Notes under the pieces: model-generated
Database searches by the model: none
What the model saw: the letters and a program-made list of their open reading frames with translations, nothing else
Told to the model about the DNA's origin: nothing
NCBI RefSeq assembly: GCF_037042905.1
Contig: NC_087251.1
Span: 34,288,001 to 34,352,000, forward strand
DNA: 64,000 bases
Direction of reading: 5' to 3'
Origin: Lytechinus pictus
Lineage: Eukaryota
Made by a program: the position numbers and the translations under genes
Shown here: piece after piece, positions 52,301 through 63,987 of the stretch
How positions within the stretch are numbered: the first letter of the stretch is position 1
Layout of the letters: every line of letters begins with the position of its first letter

Positions 52301-55300
52301 CGAAGTAGTTCTGTGGTCGCTGTCGGGATTCGAAGGTGATGGTATCTTGACAAACAAGCCACTAAAAAAAACGCATTAAATTATTTATATTGTAATTAGG
52401 GAGGTACCCAGAGATAGAATGAAAATAACGCTCTCATGAAGAAAGAGAAAAACTTTGTTGGTATACCGAAACCATTTTGGCGATTGAAAATTTTTGTTGT
52501 TTTTAAATTTTTTAATGATTTTATAATATCCAATTACAATCGTATTATTATACATGTAGATTTAAGTTAGTATACTATCACCAGTGACGAATCCAGGGGG
52601 GCACATCCGGCCCCTGCCCCCTCCCCCCCCCCCCCACTTTGATAGTCATAGTCAATATTTTTAATGTAAATATGTCGTTCATACACAAGTGTGCCCCCCC
52701 CCCCTTTGGAGAGTCACAGCAGTTATTTTTAATGAGAATATGTCTCGTTTATACACAAGTGAGGAATTTTTTATTTGCTTGTCAAATTTTCCTAGGGAAA
52801 ATGTGCTCCCCCCTTGGAAAATCCTGGATCCGCCCCTCACTATAACCATTGTTACTACGACTGCAACTAGGCCTAATACAACGGCTGTCACTACCATTAT
52901 ATCCCTACTTCTACTACTCCTTCTTCTACTACTGCTGCTACAACTTCTACTACTACTTCTACTACTTCTGATACTACTATTACTACACCATTTGGGTTCT
53001 TATCGCCCAGACTGTTTGGGGCAAGTGGAAATTGCCAAAAAACAATACGTCTTTTTTTTTCATGGATCAATAATTCATACACATTCACACAAAATCAACA
53101 CATCATGTGGTAGAGTTTGCTAAGGTAAGCAATTAACCAAGAAAAGAATTTACCAAATGCACAGGTAAAATTGTCCCTAACATTCATGTGACCACAGCTT
53201 TTTGGTAAAAATATAACCAATAGATAGAATGATGATGATAAATTTACATAAATGGACTCGTCTATATAATTGACTATGCATATTGGGGCATAATTTGCGC
53301 AGCTTTGGGCAAAATCCTGGTCAATGTGTTGCCCAGCAATAGCTACCAATTTTAAGAGCGTACAATGCCGTTATAACACACTACTTACTTTGAAACCTTT
53401 TTCATCAGTGATCACGTGACAAGTAGGATCAAGGCCAGTCAATTTGATCTTGTAGTCAAGATCTTTTATTCTGTCCATTTTCCCCCGACAGGTCTATTGC
53501 GGGGAAAAAACAGTTTTAAGAAAAGTTTACCGTATTTTTTAATCGGGAAAATCACAAATTTTCTGGTACAATTGTTAAAATGAAAACAGCGGAAGATTTA
53601 AAGGTGAATATAATAATTTCCAAACGTATTAAGCATATCGATTAGAAGTCATGCAGCAAGTTGTCACAAACATAACTTAAATTGCAAAAGGGGCAAGACT
53701 TGCCACTGATGTTTTGCAGTTGTTCTTGTTTTAACAGCATTTGTAACGTAAAGTTACGCGTATATAACCGTGATTATTGTTAAAGAGGTAGAAAAATTAA
53801 ACAGTATTCTTTTTGCATAATATTCATTTTGAAAAATATATTGCTTATTCGACAATTATTCACGTGAGCAATACAGAATTTAGATCTCTTCTTGTAGAAG
53901 CAGTCTAGTCACGGACATTTTAATGTTTATTTACATATTTATTATTTTGTGTACTCAAATTAAGAGTCTGGTTAAGTTTTCACTTAAATAAAAAGTTATT
54001 AAACTTTACTTATCCTTAATCTTGGATAAAACAATAATAAAATGTGTTATACTATTAAACTGAATCGACAGGAGATGTCAAAGAAAATCACACATGTATG
54101 CAAAGAGGAATTATATGAATGCGAGTATAAATACAGAGTGCTGCTTGTTTATTTCTTAATAGCAATTTTGTTGTGATTAGCTAGTGGAGACATCTATCAA
54201 TATCAGTCTTTGTTAACAAAAACAAATAGCTCTCATAAAAACGTAACATTAATTGATCACTATTGAAACATTTCTCATTAAAGGAGGTATGAAACTTTAA
54301 AAATTTTATGTGATAATATTCCCCTTTTAAATAAATGTTACTTCAACTTACGTAGCAATTAACAGAACGATTCTGTCTTTTTCATTCCTGTAAAACTTTT
54401 TAACAAATTTCTAGGCCTATACACACTTTTGTACAGGGAAAGAAATAAAAAAAGAGATCAGAAAAAAATGAATACATACAGAAAACTTCTGATCATGGTT
54501 GAAATAAAAACATTTATTATTTCACCCATGATAAATATCACATTAATCGTAATTATTATAAGAACTTTTTGGTGTTTAGTAGGAAAAAATTAAGAATGGA
54601 ATGTTTCATTACCAGTCTATCTTCGTTCGGTCGTATGCTTCCCCACTGTCCATTGCTTTCATCGAATATGACGAGTCGATAACAGCATTGGTCCTATAAA
54701 AAAGGTGTTTTATTTTTACATGTATCAATATTAAAAAATGAATATTCTACTACTATACGATATAAAATTGACAAGTTTACCATTCGTTGGCTGATTTGTT
54801 TTTTCTAATTTACGAATCTATTATAAAATTATAAAACATAACTATTGTCTTAGAAATAGATTTAAAAAAAACTATGACAAAATATTATTTTGTGATTATA
54901 ATGAGTATTTACTTTTAGGCTGTTTCTAATAATCACTTTATATTGACTGAAAGTTTTAAATATAACCATGGACCTGTTACATATTGTGATGGGCCCATGA
55001 TTAAATAAATGTGTAGAAGAGGGTCTTTATATCCTTTTGGGGAACCACATTGCTGATAAAAATCTAAGGAATCATGCTTTATGAACCAACAAGTTATTTT
55101 TCAGAATTGAAAAGGATATTATCAATCCCTCAATAAATCTTAGTTGATGACAAAACCTCTTGTATCACAAATGAAATAATCAAAATAATACAAATTCACC
55201 CAAGATGTTTTACACATCACTGTCTTTACAACAGATTAAAAACATGAAAAGAGGAAATAAATACCCTTGCTGTCAACCTGATAATGATAATTGATACTAT

Positions 55301-58300
55301 ATGATAACTGTTTTATGAATTTTATCGTTGTATGAAACCTTTATGGTTTTGCTGGTTTTGTAACATATTAATCTCCAGGTTAGTTTGGATTATGTAACCA
55401 GATATAGTATTAGGACTGTGGTATTTCCTTTAAGGCAATGGAATATTCAGTTTATATTGACTGAAAGTTGGAAATATAATCATGGACCCATTACCTTTGT
55501 GTGACATGATTTCGTGAATGAATGTGTAGAGGAGGAAGGGTCTTTATCCTTTTGGAGGAACCACATTGCTGATAAGACTCTATGGAATCATGCCTAATGT
55601 GTCAAAATGTTTTGTTTTAGAGTTGAAAACGATATTAATTGGATAATAAATAAAGTGTATAGAAACATTTTTTTTCTTAAAAGCTCATCTGTACTGTAGG
55701 CAAAATAGTCTTAAGAATACTTGAGTTATTTTATAAATACTTGTAGCCTCCATACTCTTGTTGTATTCGAATCAATATTATTCCTAAAAGGAGGTGGTGT
55801 GCAGAAAACACCAAAAAGGCCGAAAGTCATAATTTTTATGTCTGTTTTTTAAACTGATATCAATCACATAAATTTACAAAATATGAGAGAATATGACCCT
55901 ACATCAGAGAAAGAGGGGTAAACACTGAATTTAACTTTCGTACGATACAATGTTACTGTATCCATTATCTTACCACTCATTTCAAACAACAAAAACCATG
56001 TAAAATTTAGTTTAATGATGAATTTGACTAAAACATGTATGATACAAATACATGTACATTCGCACAATTTTCGAACTACGGCTATAAAATTAGGGGTCCG
56101 TTTCATGAGACTTGTTACAATGGCAAATTTAAAATAACAGTCATAAACTTCTGAAGTCCTTCAGTCGGATTGGCTTATAATAAATTTGTTACAGAAATCT
56201 TGTATTTGTTATTGTGTCAGTTCTTTGAAAAACTGGCCGTAGGTTTACTTAATGAAATGAATCATTGGAGAATTTGCATTTAAAAGGGATTCCCCTCTTT
56301 ATCTATAAACTTCATGAATAACCTTTTTTTTTTTATATAGTCCAAGATGGACATAGATTATATTCCTTTTTGCAACCTTCGAGAATAAAGAAGAAATATA
56401 GGCCTTTATATTCTTTCCAATCTTAGGCCCTCTTAAAGGATTGAGTCTATAGGTAGTAGTGATCTTATATTTGGGGCTTTTCTTTTTTTTTCGGATTCAT
56501 TTCATAAACCGATCCGGAGATAGGGAGGTGGATTGGCTGCTCGCTGCTCGTCACTCGGCTCCATGCGTTGTAGGGCGTCCACCTGTCTGTGTGTTTTGTT
56601 GTGTGTAAGTGAGTTTGTCATGTTTTTGTCGTATTGTGTTTGTGTCTTTATTGTTTGTGTACAAAAAAATAAATCTTCCGCAGGTGTTTCCTCTTTAGTA
56701 TTATTCTCTTACTATGCGTATGACGCAGGGTAATGTCACTTTTATTTCCATGAACTGTCGCGGTCTAAGAGATAACCGCATCAGGCAAGATGTTTTATTT
56801 TACTTGAAATCAAAGAAATATGATATTTGTTGTATTCAAGATACACATTTTGTTCCTGAAATAGAGAATGAAATCCGCAGGGAATGGGAAGGTAAATGTT
56901 TCTTTTCTTTTAACACATCCAACTCCAGAGGGGTAGCGATTCTTTTTAAGAAAACCCTCCCTGTTGATATAAATAGATTTAAAGTAGATAACATCGGTAA
57001 TTTTGTCGTTTTAGATATGTTACTGTATGAACATAATATTACTCTCGTATCGTTGTATGGCCCGAATTTAGATAATCCAATATTTTTTTCAGAGATCCAA
57101 CAAACCATAATAGACTTTGATAATCCACATACGGTAATTTGTGGAGACTGGAATTTATATCAAGATTTTACCTTTGATACCTATAACTACTTGCATGTAA
57201 ATAACCCACGAGCAAAACAGCAAGTGGACAATATGAAAACCGATTTGGATTTATGCGACCCTTGGAGAGTTTGTTTCCCAGACAAAAGATATTATACATG
57301 GCGACAATCCACCCCCTTTAAACAGAGTAGATTAGACTTCTTTTTAATTTCTTCGGAACTCCTTTCACTTGTTCAGAAAGTTCGCATTTTTTCAGGTTAT
57401 CGCACAGATCATTCTTTAGTTTGTCTAAGTCTCAACTTGAATAAGATAAAAAGAGGTCCTGGTTTTTGGAAATTCAACAATTCTCTATTGAAAAGTGATG
57501 AATTTGTTTCTAATATTAAAAAAGTAATAAAAGATACGACTATATTTTATGCGAGAGACGAAGTAAAATTTGATGAAAATTATCGAATAGTAGGTGATTG
57601 TGAATTCACTATAAACGATCAGTTATTTTTCGAAACTTTAATGATGATAATACGAGGAGAAGCAATATCACATGCCTCCTTTGTAAATAAACAAAATATA
57701 AACAGAGAAAAAGACTTAGAAAAGAAAATTGAAGAGCTGGAAAGAAAACTGGTGATCACCGACGATAAAATATCTATTTTGTATCAAATTGATAAAGCAA
57801 AATCAGAACTGGAAACATTCCGTTTAAAAACAAATGAAGGAATTGCGATTCGATCTCGGATTAAGTGGATGGTGATGGTGATGGTGAAAAGCCTTCTAAA
57901 TTCTTTTTAAATTTAGAAAAACAAAATTGCATTAATAAAGAAATACGTCAGTTATCCACTGAAAATTGTGATAATTTAGAAATGCAAAGTGACATAATCA
58001 ATGAAATATTTAATTTTTACTCTAATCTTTATGAGGAAAAAGAAACCAACGTAAGCAACTTGGAATTATTATTAAATTTTCCTGGTATTCCTAAGTTGTC
58101 CCCTAAAATGTCTTCCTTATTGGAGGGTCCTTTAAATGTTGATGAGGTCCTTTCCGTTTTAAAGCTCATGAAAAATAGTAAGTCGCCCGGACAGGATGGT
58201 TTTACCGTAGTATTTTATCGTTATTTTTGGGAAGATATTAAACATTTTTTGGTTAGATCATTAAATTATGCGTATTTTTCAGGACATATGTCTAATTCAC

Positions 58301-60536
58301 AAAAAATGGGAATAATTACTTTAATTCCGAAAGGAAACAAACCCAGACACTTGTTAAGAAATTGGCGACCTATCTCCCTATTAAATGTTGTCTATAAAAT
58401 AGCGTCCAGTTGTATAGCAAACAGACTCAAAGGTGTTCTGTCTTTTTTAATTCATCAAAACCAAACTGGTTTTTTGAATGGTCGCTTCATAGGTGAAAAC
58501 ATTCGTTTATTGTATGACACATTACTTTACAGTGAATTACATGATATAGCTGGCATGCTTTTGGTTATTGATTTTGAAAAAGCTTTCGATTCTGTATCAC
58601 ATAATTTTCTTTTCAATGTCCTGGATTTTTTTCGCTTCGGTCCATCCATTAAAAGCTGGATAAAATTGTTATATGCAGACGCAACCTCTTGTGTGTTAGT
58701 TAACGGACATTGTACAAATAGGTTTAATATAGGAAGAGGGTGTCGTCAAGGAGATCCTTTATCTCCCTATCTTTTTTTGTTAGTCAGTGAGATTCTTGGT
58801 ATTTTAATTCGACACTCAGACAAACTAGAGGGAATGCATATTAATGGGAAAACACTTAAAGTGTTACAATATGCAGATGATACCCTTTTGACACTCAATG
58901 GTTCAGAACAAGATTTAAAATGTGCTCTTGATACACTTGATGAATTTGAAAAAATATCCAACCTCAAAATTAACATAACTAAAACCCAGGTGATATGGAT
59001 TGGGAAGAATAGAACTTTCAAAAAAGAGATTTTACACGAGTACAAACTGAACTGGATTTCGGAAGGATATTTTAGGTACCTAGGTATAGACTTTTCAGTT
59101 GAACTATCAAAAATGGTCGATTACAATTATCAAGAAAAGTTTAAAGAAATAAAACGTCAGATGGCGGTATGGCGAAAAAGATCTTTGACTCCCTTAGGGA
59201 GGGTAACCATTGTTAAATCTATATTTATACCGAAATTGAATTACTTGTTTTTATCTTTTCCAGAACCAAAATTAGAAATTATGAATGATATTCGCCGATG
59301 TTTTTACGACTTTATATGGGAAGGCAAACCTGATAAAATAAGTAGGAAACAAATGTGTCAACCGTATAGTGAGGGTGGTGTTAGGATGACTGATATTTTT
59401 ATCCATTCCAAATCATTAAAAATTTCATGGATAAGAAGGTTCATTTCTTGTTCTGAAAATTTTACTTTTCACATGTTTCAATCATTTTTGCCTGCAGCAT
59501 ATACATCTTTTCAATTATTCATGGGGGCTGAGCATTATAAATCACTTGCTATATCAATGAATAACCCATTTTGGGCACAGGTATTGTTGGCCTTTTCAGA
59601 TCTTTCCCGCCTTATTGTTGATGACGTTGCATGTCAAGCCCTTTGGAATAATCCAAAAATTAAAATGAATAATAATGTAATATGTTTCAGGTCTTGGTGT
59701 GCTAATGGGGTGCGTTTTGTTAATGATATTTTGGGAACAGATGGAAAATTTCTCTCATATTTTGATTTTCAACGCAAATACAATGTACACGTCAATTTTC
59801 TTCAATATTATGGCCTGTGCAGCGCCATTCGATATGGTTTCAATAAACATGTAATACCAAAAGCTATGGAACCTATTATTCCAGAAGCACTATTTTTTAT
59901 AATTAAAGCAAAAAAAGGTTGTGCTCACATTTACAATATTTTTTTGAAGTATAAGTTGAAAGATTGTAAAAGTCTCATCAAATGGAAACAGACGTTTGAC
60001 TTTGACAACACGATATGGAGGTTCTACTATCAAATACCTTTTTATTCAACTGCAGATGTCAACATGAGATGGTTTCAGTTCAAAATAGTGAATAGAATTA
60101 TTTATATGAAAGATGCTTTGTTACGATTTAAATTGGTTACAGATAACTTATGTACCTTTTGTTATAATTACGAAGAAACTATTATGCATATTTTTTGTTC
60201 TTGTGCCCACACAAACGAAATATGGTCTCAACTCGAAATTTGGTTTTCTCGTAACAATTTGAATATCAAAATTTCAAACCATAATAAACTATTCGGTTTT
60301 TACGGAAACAACAATGGTGCTCTTAATTATATTTTTATAATCGTTAGAAAAGAAATTTTTGCAGCAAAATGCAAACACTGTCTTCCAGTTTTCGACCATA
60401 TTTTGTCTGAAATAAAATCTTATTATGGTATGGAAAAGTATATATATAAAACAAATATCAAAGAGAAGAAATTCATAAAAAGGTGGTCATCTTTTACTTT
60501 ATTACATTAAGTAAATCAGATATCATTCTAAGATGC

Positions 60537-60586
<50 letters not shown>

Positions 60587-63500
60587 TTTGTATGGATTTT
60601 TTCTTTCCTTTGCACTTTGATTTTGCTTTTTTTATACAAATGTTACGAAAATTTCATGGAATATTGTATTGTACATATTCAACTTGTGTGTCATATACTG
60701 TGTTAATTATTTAATCATGTATTGTCAAAAAAATGTATTATAGTGATTTCAATAAAGGACCCCTGTGGAAGGGTTAAAAAAAAAAAAAAAAAAAAAATAT
60801 TATTTGATTAGCAATCATCAAGTCAATTACATTATGATTATGTTTCAAAACAAACCGATATCAATAGCTCGTACTTAAATAAACAATGTCCAATAAAATC
60901 CATTCATTTTATCCCAACTTTGAGACCATTCTGAACTGATATGCCAATCTAAAGATATTGTGGATTGTAATCCAGGATACTCCTTTTTTAAGGGGGTTAC
61001 TTACGGCAGGGTACTTTATCGAATAGTTAAGGACGTTGTCCTCCCTGTTTTGGAAATAAAAATTCCCGAGGAAGGTCATGTCCTATGGAAGAAAGAGGGA
61101 GAAAAGGTGAAAGCAAGTTGAATGGGGTTAATTGGTGTATAAAGTTTTATGTACAAGAATATTTTTGGATAAAAATGTATCTATTGATATCGATAATTTT
61201 CAAGGAATTAATCTGTAAGAAATGTAGGCTGCATACTAGATTTCAGTTTTTGTAGTGAGTAGATTTCAAAAAGGTTTAAGCCTAGCCTTTCATAAAACGG
61301 GACGGATTGAGCTTCTTCTGAGCATGTTCGTGTCCAGTTTCATGCAGGCTATAATCAAGTGCATAATTTTGGGGCTCTCGCAGTCTCGTTTGCTGTTTCA
61401 CTCTGCATCTCATTCTGTATAACTTCTTTTATTAATTCATTCTCATTTAGTAAATCGGATTTTTCTCTCTTTCCCTGTGAATTTATCAACTGATGTATGT
61501 GATTTTCAACACAGTTTTGGAACTTGTGCTTTATAAACGGAAAGTTTTATACGAGACTGTGCACCAAATCGAAAGAAAAGAAACTTTGAATGATTCCTTT
61601 TCCTTGCCAGTCCATTTCAAACCTGGTTTTATTCGCGACTAGTGTCGGTTCATTATAGAAAATGCAAAATCCATGTGAATAAAATTCTTAGATAAGTATA
61701 AACATGCTTCATTATTACTTTCACTGAAATCCAGTGGCGTAACTACGGGGGGCATGGGGGGCACGTGCCCCCCCCCCCCCCATCGGCTGGCAAAAAAAAA
61801 AAAACGGGGAAAAGAAAGGGAGAGAATCGTAGTGGGAAAGAAAAAATTATTGTTCATTATAATGGTATTATATTATAATCGTGTTATGTTATATTACATA
61901 CAAAAAAATTTCATAACTTTATGAAACATAATTTGCTTCGGGCCTATGTCTTCAATGTTCCTGGTACTCGCATTGTCTGTTTAACGAGATATATGATCCT
62001 GTTGAACTAAAACCACCCATTTTCAAGTCAATATACACCAAATATATTTCCTCGCACTGCAAATTATTATTGTTGTACGTAGTGACATATGCTTCTTTTT
62101 CATGACTACTTAAAGTGATTGCCCCATTTTAAGGTCTTTCGTGTCCGTGCTTACGTTCGCATACTTGGATTGGTGAGATATGTCTGTTCTTCATGAATTC
62201 CTAAAATCAGTCCTTAAAATGTACCTTTTCTGATCTGAATATTAAACATTTTTAGCTTGCGCTTTGCGCTCGCATAATTTGGTTAGTGTAATACGCATGG
62301 TCTTCGTGAATTCCTACAAACAAGCCTTAGAATGCCCCTCTTCAGGTCTGAATTTCCTAAATTTTCAGCTCGCGCTTCGCGCTCGCAATATTTGATTAGT
62401 GAGATGCGTATGATAATCATGATTACAATGACTACAAAAAGTGCTTCATGTGTTTAGATGTATATAATTCTAACAAAATAAGCATGCGCTTGGCACTCAC
62501 ATTTGATGACTATGGTGAGATATGTGTAGCCTATTCTTAATGAATTCCTTAAAAAATAGCCCTTAAAATATCCCTGTTTGGGTTCAATATATACATAAAT
62601 TTCAGCTCGCGCTTCGCGCTCGCATCATTTAGTGAAATACTTATTGTCTTCGTGAATTCTTACAAACAATTAAGCCTTAAAATATCTCTCTTCATGTCTA
62701 AATTTCCTCAATTTTGAGCTCGCGCTTCGCGCTTGCAATATTTGATTAGTAAGATGCGTACGTTAATCATGATTACAATGACTACAAGTGCTTCATGTTT
62801 TTAGATTTATATAATTCTAACAAAATCAGCATGCGCTTGGCACTCGCAATAGAGGACTATGGTGAGATATGTATACTCTAAATAGATTCCTAAAATATAG
62901 TCCTTAAAAGTCCCTAGTAGGGGTCAATATATACAAAAATTTCAGCTCGCGCTTCGCGCTCGCATTGTTGGTTTAGCGAGACAGGTATGTATCATGATTA
63001 CAAAAATTTGCTTATAACGTCCCTTTTTTCACCTTTCAGGCCTTTTTATAGGTCTGAATATAAAAAAAAATAAGCTCGCGCTTCGCGCTCGCATTATGTG
63101 ATCAGTGAGATACATATCCGTTTAATGACATTCAAAATGTCTCTATTAGGTGAGTATACCTGGCAACTTAGCGCTTCTCGCGCTCACTAAGTGACCCAAA
63201 ATGTTTGCTGGTACCCCCCCCCCCCCATGCCGTGACCCACGGTACGCCACTGCTGAAATCATTATAGAATTATAAAAAAACAAAACCAACACAAATTGCT
63301 GACTCTTTATTGCACCCCATCCCCCCCCCCCCCAAAAAAAAAATATATATAGTTCATATTCAGTTCATATATACACTTCATAGACCAAAGGGTTTCGCGC
63401 TGGCCCTAAGGCCCTAAAAATCTAGTCCTTTAATTTTATAAAGGTGATAAACTTTGGTAGAAAAAAGAACCTGTATAAATTTTCATTAGGACTTCGTCTC

Positions 63501-63987
63501 AACCCAACATTGGACCTCTTATATGCATATCCGGTCACTGTCATTATTTGTCTGTAAAGGTGACAAGTAGGCACTTAGCTTTTACAAGAACTTTATAAAC
63601 AATCACATGCAATATTTCATTGATTGTTTAGTATTAAAATTATGTTGGAACACACAAGGAATTAGATCATGATCTCTTTTTTAATGTCAATATTTTGTGA
63701 TATCCAACCAGATGAGGTTGTATTCTTGTATCGGTGTGGATTTCAGTTGTTCTCAGGCGAGCCTATACACAACGCCGAGATTTTTTTTCTTTTACCCCTG
63801 CCCCTTGCCCCCTTCTTTTGGCTTCCCCAACCACCCCTCTTCCTATCCTCTCGGACTCTCTCTCGATCTCTCTCTTACAACTCACCTTTTCGGTAGAGAT
63901 TTCTCCGCGTTTGACTTTAGCATCTGCATTGCCTGAAACAAGCAAGATGCAGGCCAAAATCAACACGAAGAATTTTCCAAGTTCCAT
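40267..63987 (-). CDS. TMEM145: TMEM145-like GOLD-domain seven-transmembrane (GOST; GPR180/TMEM145 family) protein, 20 coding exons, 3192 nt, about 1063 aa
   Basis: Signal peptide followed by AKVKRGEISTEKDMTFLGNFYF, QCC, MTNG, METD, RKLLHLTY, KGFSITRAQIS, LLDP, GLIGL, HPRKVPFYLPF and LTRPDRLNKRFPFHLR, colinear with TMEM145 motifs as recalled (AKYVRG, LTNG, ILETD, RQLLHTTY, KGFTVTRGRIS, MTRPSAANKNFPYHVR). All exons are GT-AG and phase-consistent. Orthology versus paralogy is uncertain. Confidence 0.88.
40660..40963. mobile_element. MITE (Harbinger-like GGCC termini) in the last TMEM145-like intron
   Basis: ggcctgtattctgaagtcaggtttaa...ttaaacctgacttatgaagacgggcc. Confidence 0.7.
40979..41077 (-). 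CDS. TMEM145: TMEM145-like exon 19 (PSKKTRKEPSKRR...QQT)
   Basis: 99 nt, tag|...|gtaatt, phase 0/0. Confidence 0.75.
41279..42307 (-). CDS. TMEM145: TMEM145-like exon 18 (343-codon low-complexity tail exon)
   Basis: Within the 384-aa ORF 41255-42409, cag|GATCAA...AAG|gtgatt, higher GC than its flanks. Confidence 0.85.
42633..42704 (-). CDS. TMEM145: TMEM145-like exon 17 (DTLTSAKN...SVNL)
   Basis: 72 nt, cag|...|gtacgt. Confidence 0.68.
42907..45556. mobile_element. Foldback (TU-like) transposon with long inverted arms built of 15-bp tandem repeats
   Basis: GGTAAAAATGGCAGA arrays at 42907-43140 and 44114-44200, plus a non-repetitive inner IR to about 44262, mirrored at about 45322-45556. 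Flanks tattccca (42899-42906) and tattccaa (45557-45564) form an 8-bp TSD with 1 mismatch. Confidence 0.85.
43142..44114 (-). mobile_element. Non-autonomous Helentron-type (HINE/DINE-1-like) element nested in the left foldback arm
   Basis: 13-bp subterminal IRs gtctcacctgcat (43164-43176) and atgcaggtgagac (44100-44112), adjacent gtctcac palindrome partner, (GCC)n microsatellite, about 5 tandem ~163-bp units, inserted in an A/T run without a TSD. Confidence 0.75.
45590..45640 (-). CDS. TMEM145: TMEM145-like exon 16 (VVAPKGGYSIFSVNKQP)
   Basis: 51 nt, aag|...|gtatgt, paralogous to exon 14. Confidence 0.72.
46111..46182 (-). CDS. TMEM145: TMEM145-like exon 15 (DNGTSP...QPDGK)
   Basis: 72 nt, cag|...|gtatag. 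Confidence 0.7.
46382..46432 (-). CDS. TMEM145: TMEM145-like exon 14 (ASVPDGGFSVFCVQKQP)
   Basis: 51 nt, tag|...|gtgagt. Confidence 0.72.
47204..47500 (-). CDS. TMEM145: TMEM145-like exon 13 (S/T/P-rich tail)
   Basis: 297 nt, ORF 47195-47500, AG/GTAAGT, phase 0/0. Confidence 0.8.
47867..48007 (-). CDS. TMEM145: TMEM145-like exon 12 (tail)
   Basis: 141 nt open exon, tag|GTTTCT...GTG|gtaggg, phase 0/0. Confidence 0.78.
48282..48402 (-). CDS. TMEM145: TMEM145-like exon 11 (TM7, LTRPDRLNKRFPFHLR)
   Basis: 121 nt, phase 2/0. Confidence 0.9.
48938..49094 (-). CDS. TMEM145: TMEM145-like exon 10 (HPRKVPFYLPF, TM5-6)
   Basis: 157 nt within ORF 48766-49224, phase 1/2. Confidence 0.88.
49606..49860. 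mobile_element. hAT-type MITE
   Basis: Imperfect TIR cactagcgtac...gtacgccactg; perfect 8-bp TSD accgtggt; internal cccccctgacgagc repeats. Confidence 0.85.
49924..50093 (-). CDS. TMEM145: TMEM145-like exon 9 (AQIS...LLDP...GLIGL)
   Basis: 170 nt within ORF 49898-50386, phase 2/1. Confidence 0.88.
50874..50952 (-). CDS. TMEM145: TMEM145-like exon 8 (TM3, KGFSITR)
   Basis: 79 nt, phase 1/2. Confidence 0.9.
51168..51317 (-). CDS. TMEM145: TMEM145-like exon 7 (RKLLHLTY, TM2)
   Basis: 150 nt, phase 1/1. Confidence 0.88.
51554..51625 (-). CDS. TMEM145: TMEM145-like exon 6 (IMETD, TM1)
   Basis: 72 nt, phase 1/1. Confidence 0.88.
52187..52361 (-). CDS. TMEM145: TMEM145-like exon 5 (WLVCQ...HMTNG...NQK)
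   Basis: 175 nt, phase 0/1. Confidence 0.88.
52582..52838. mobile_element. hAT-type MITE
   Basis: TIR cagtgacgaatccagg...cctggatccgcccctc; TSD actatcac/actataac (1 mismatch). Confidence 0.7.
52845..52990. repeat. (CTA/CTT)n trinucleotide low-complexity tract
   Basis: Explains the poly-Leu/Val ORFs at 52689-53123. Confidence 0.85.
53389..53493 (-). CDS. TMEM145: TMEM145-like exon 4 (TCRGK...TCHVITDEKGFK)
   Basis: 105 nt, AG/GTAAGT, conserved Cys. Confidence 0.85.
54613..54693 (-). CDS. TMEM145: TMEM145-like exon 3 (DQCCYRLVIFD...EDRL)
   Basis: 81 nt, conserved CC and QW. Confidence 0.88.
56714..60510 (+). pseudogene. LINE ORF2 (APE endonuclease, reverse transcriptase, CCHC zinc knuckle) split by one frameshift near 57870
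   Basis: EN motifs NCRGL, QDTH, GVAIL, YGPN, GDWN, SRLDFFL, TDH; RT motifs KSPGQDG, WRPISLLN, DFEKAFD, GCRQGDPLSP, YADD, YLGI; C-terminal CTFC..HIFCSC. ORFs 56714-57910 and 57865-60510 overlap in different frames. Confidence 0.93.
60542..60582. repeat. (TA)n microsatellite in the LINE 3' UTR
   Basis: About 20 perfect TA units. Confidence 0.95.
61005..61082 (-). CDS. TMEM145: TMEM145-like exon 2 (DMTFLGNFYF...KYPA)
   Basis: 78 nt, tag|...|gtaagt, phase 0/0. Confidence 0.88.
61732..63252. mobile_element. Non-autonomous hAT-type DNA transposon (copy 2, same family), TMEM145-like intron 1
   Basis: Same TIRs and internal sequence as 32507-33902; perfect 8-bp TSD ctgaaatc. Confidence 0.9.
63886..63987 (-). 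CDS. TMEM145: TMEM145-like exon 1 (signal peptide, MELGKFFVLIL...ISTEK)
   Basis: ATG, hydrophobic leader, donor AAG|gtgagt. Confidence 0.88.

Larger units (their letters stand above)
56475..60797 (+). mobile_element. L1/Tx1-clade non-LTR retrotransposon, antisense in TMEM145-like intron 2 (5' boundary approximate)
   Basis: ORF2 56714-60510, AT-rich 3' UTR, AATAAA 60751-60756, poly(A) 60776-60797; no ORF1 and no clear TSD seen. Confidence 0.92.

Noticed and set aside
54352..54410. Extra TMEM145-like exon with a GTAAGT donor
   Set aside because: Not phase-compatible between exons 3 and 4, which already join colinearly with the family.
56460..56475. TSD for the L1/Tx1 element (tatatttg versus tattatttg after the poly(A))
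   Set aside because: The match needs an indel in AT-rich sequence and is not convincing.
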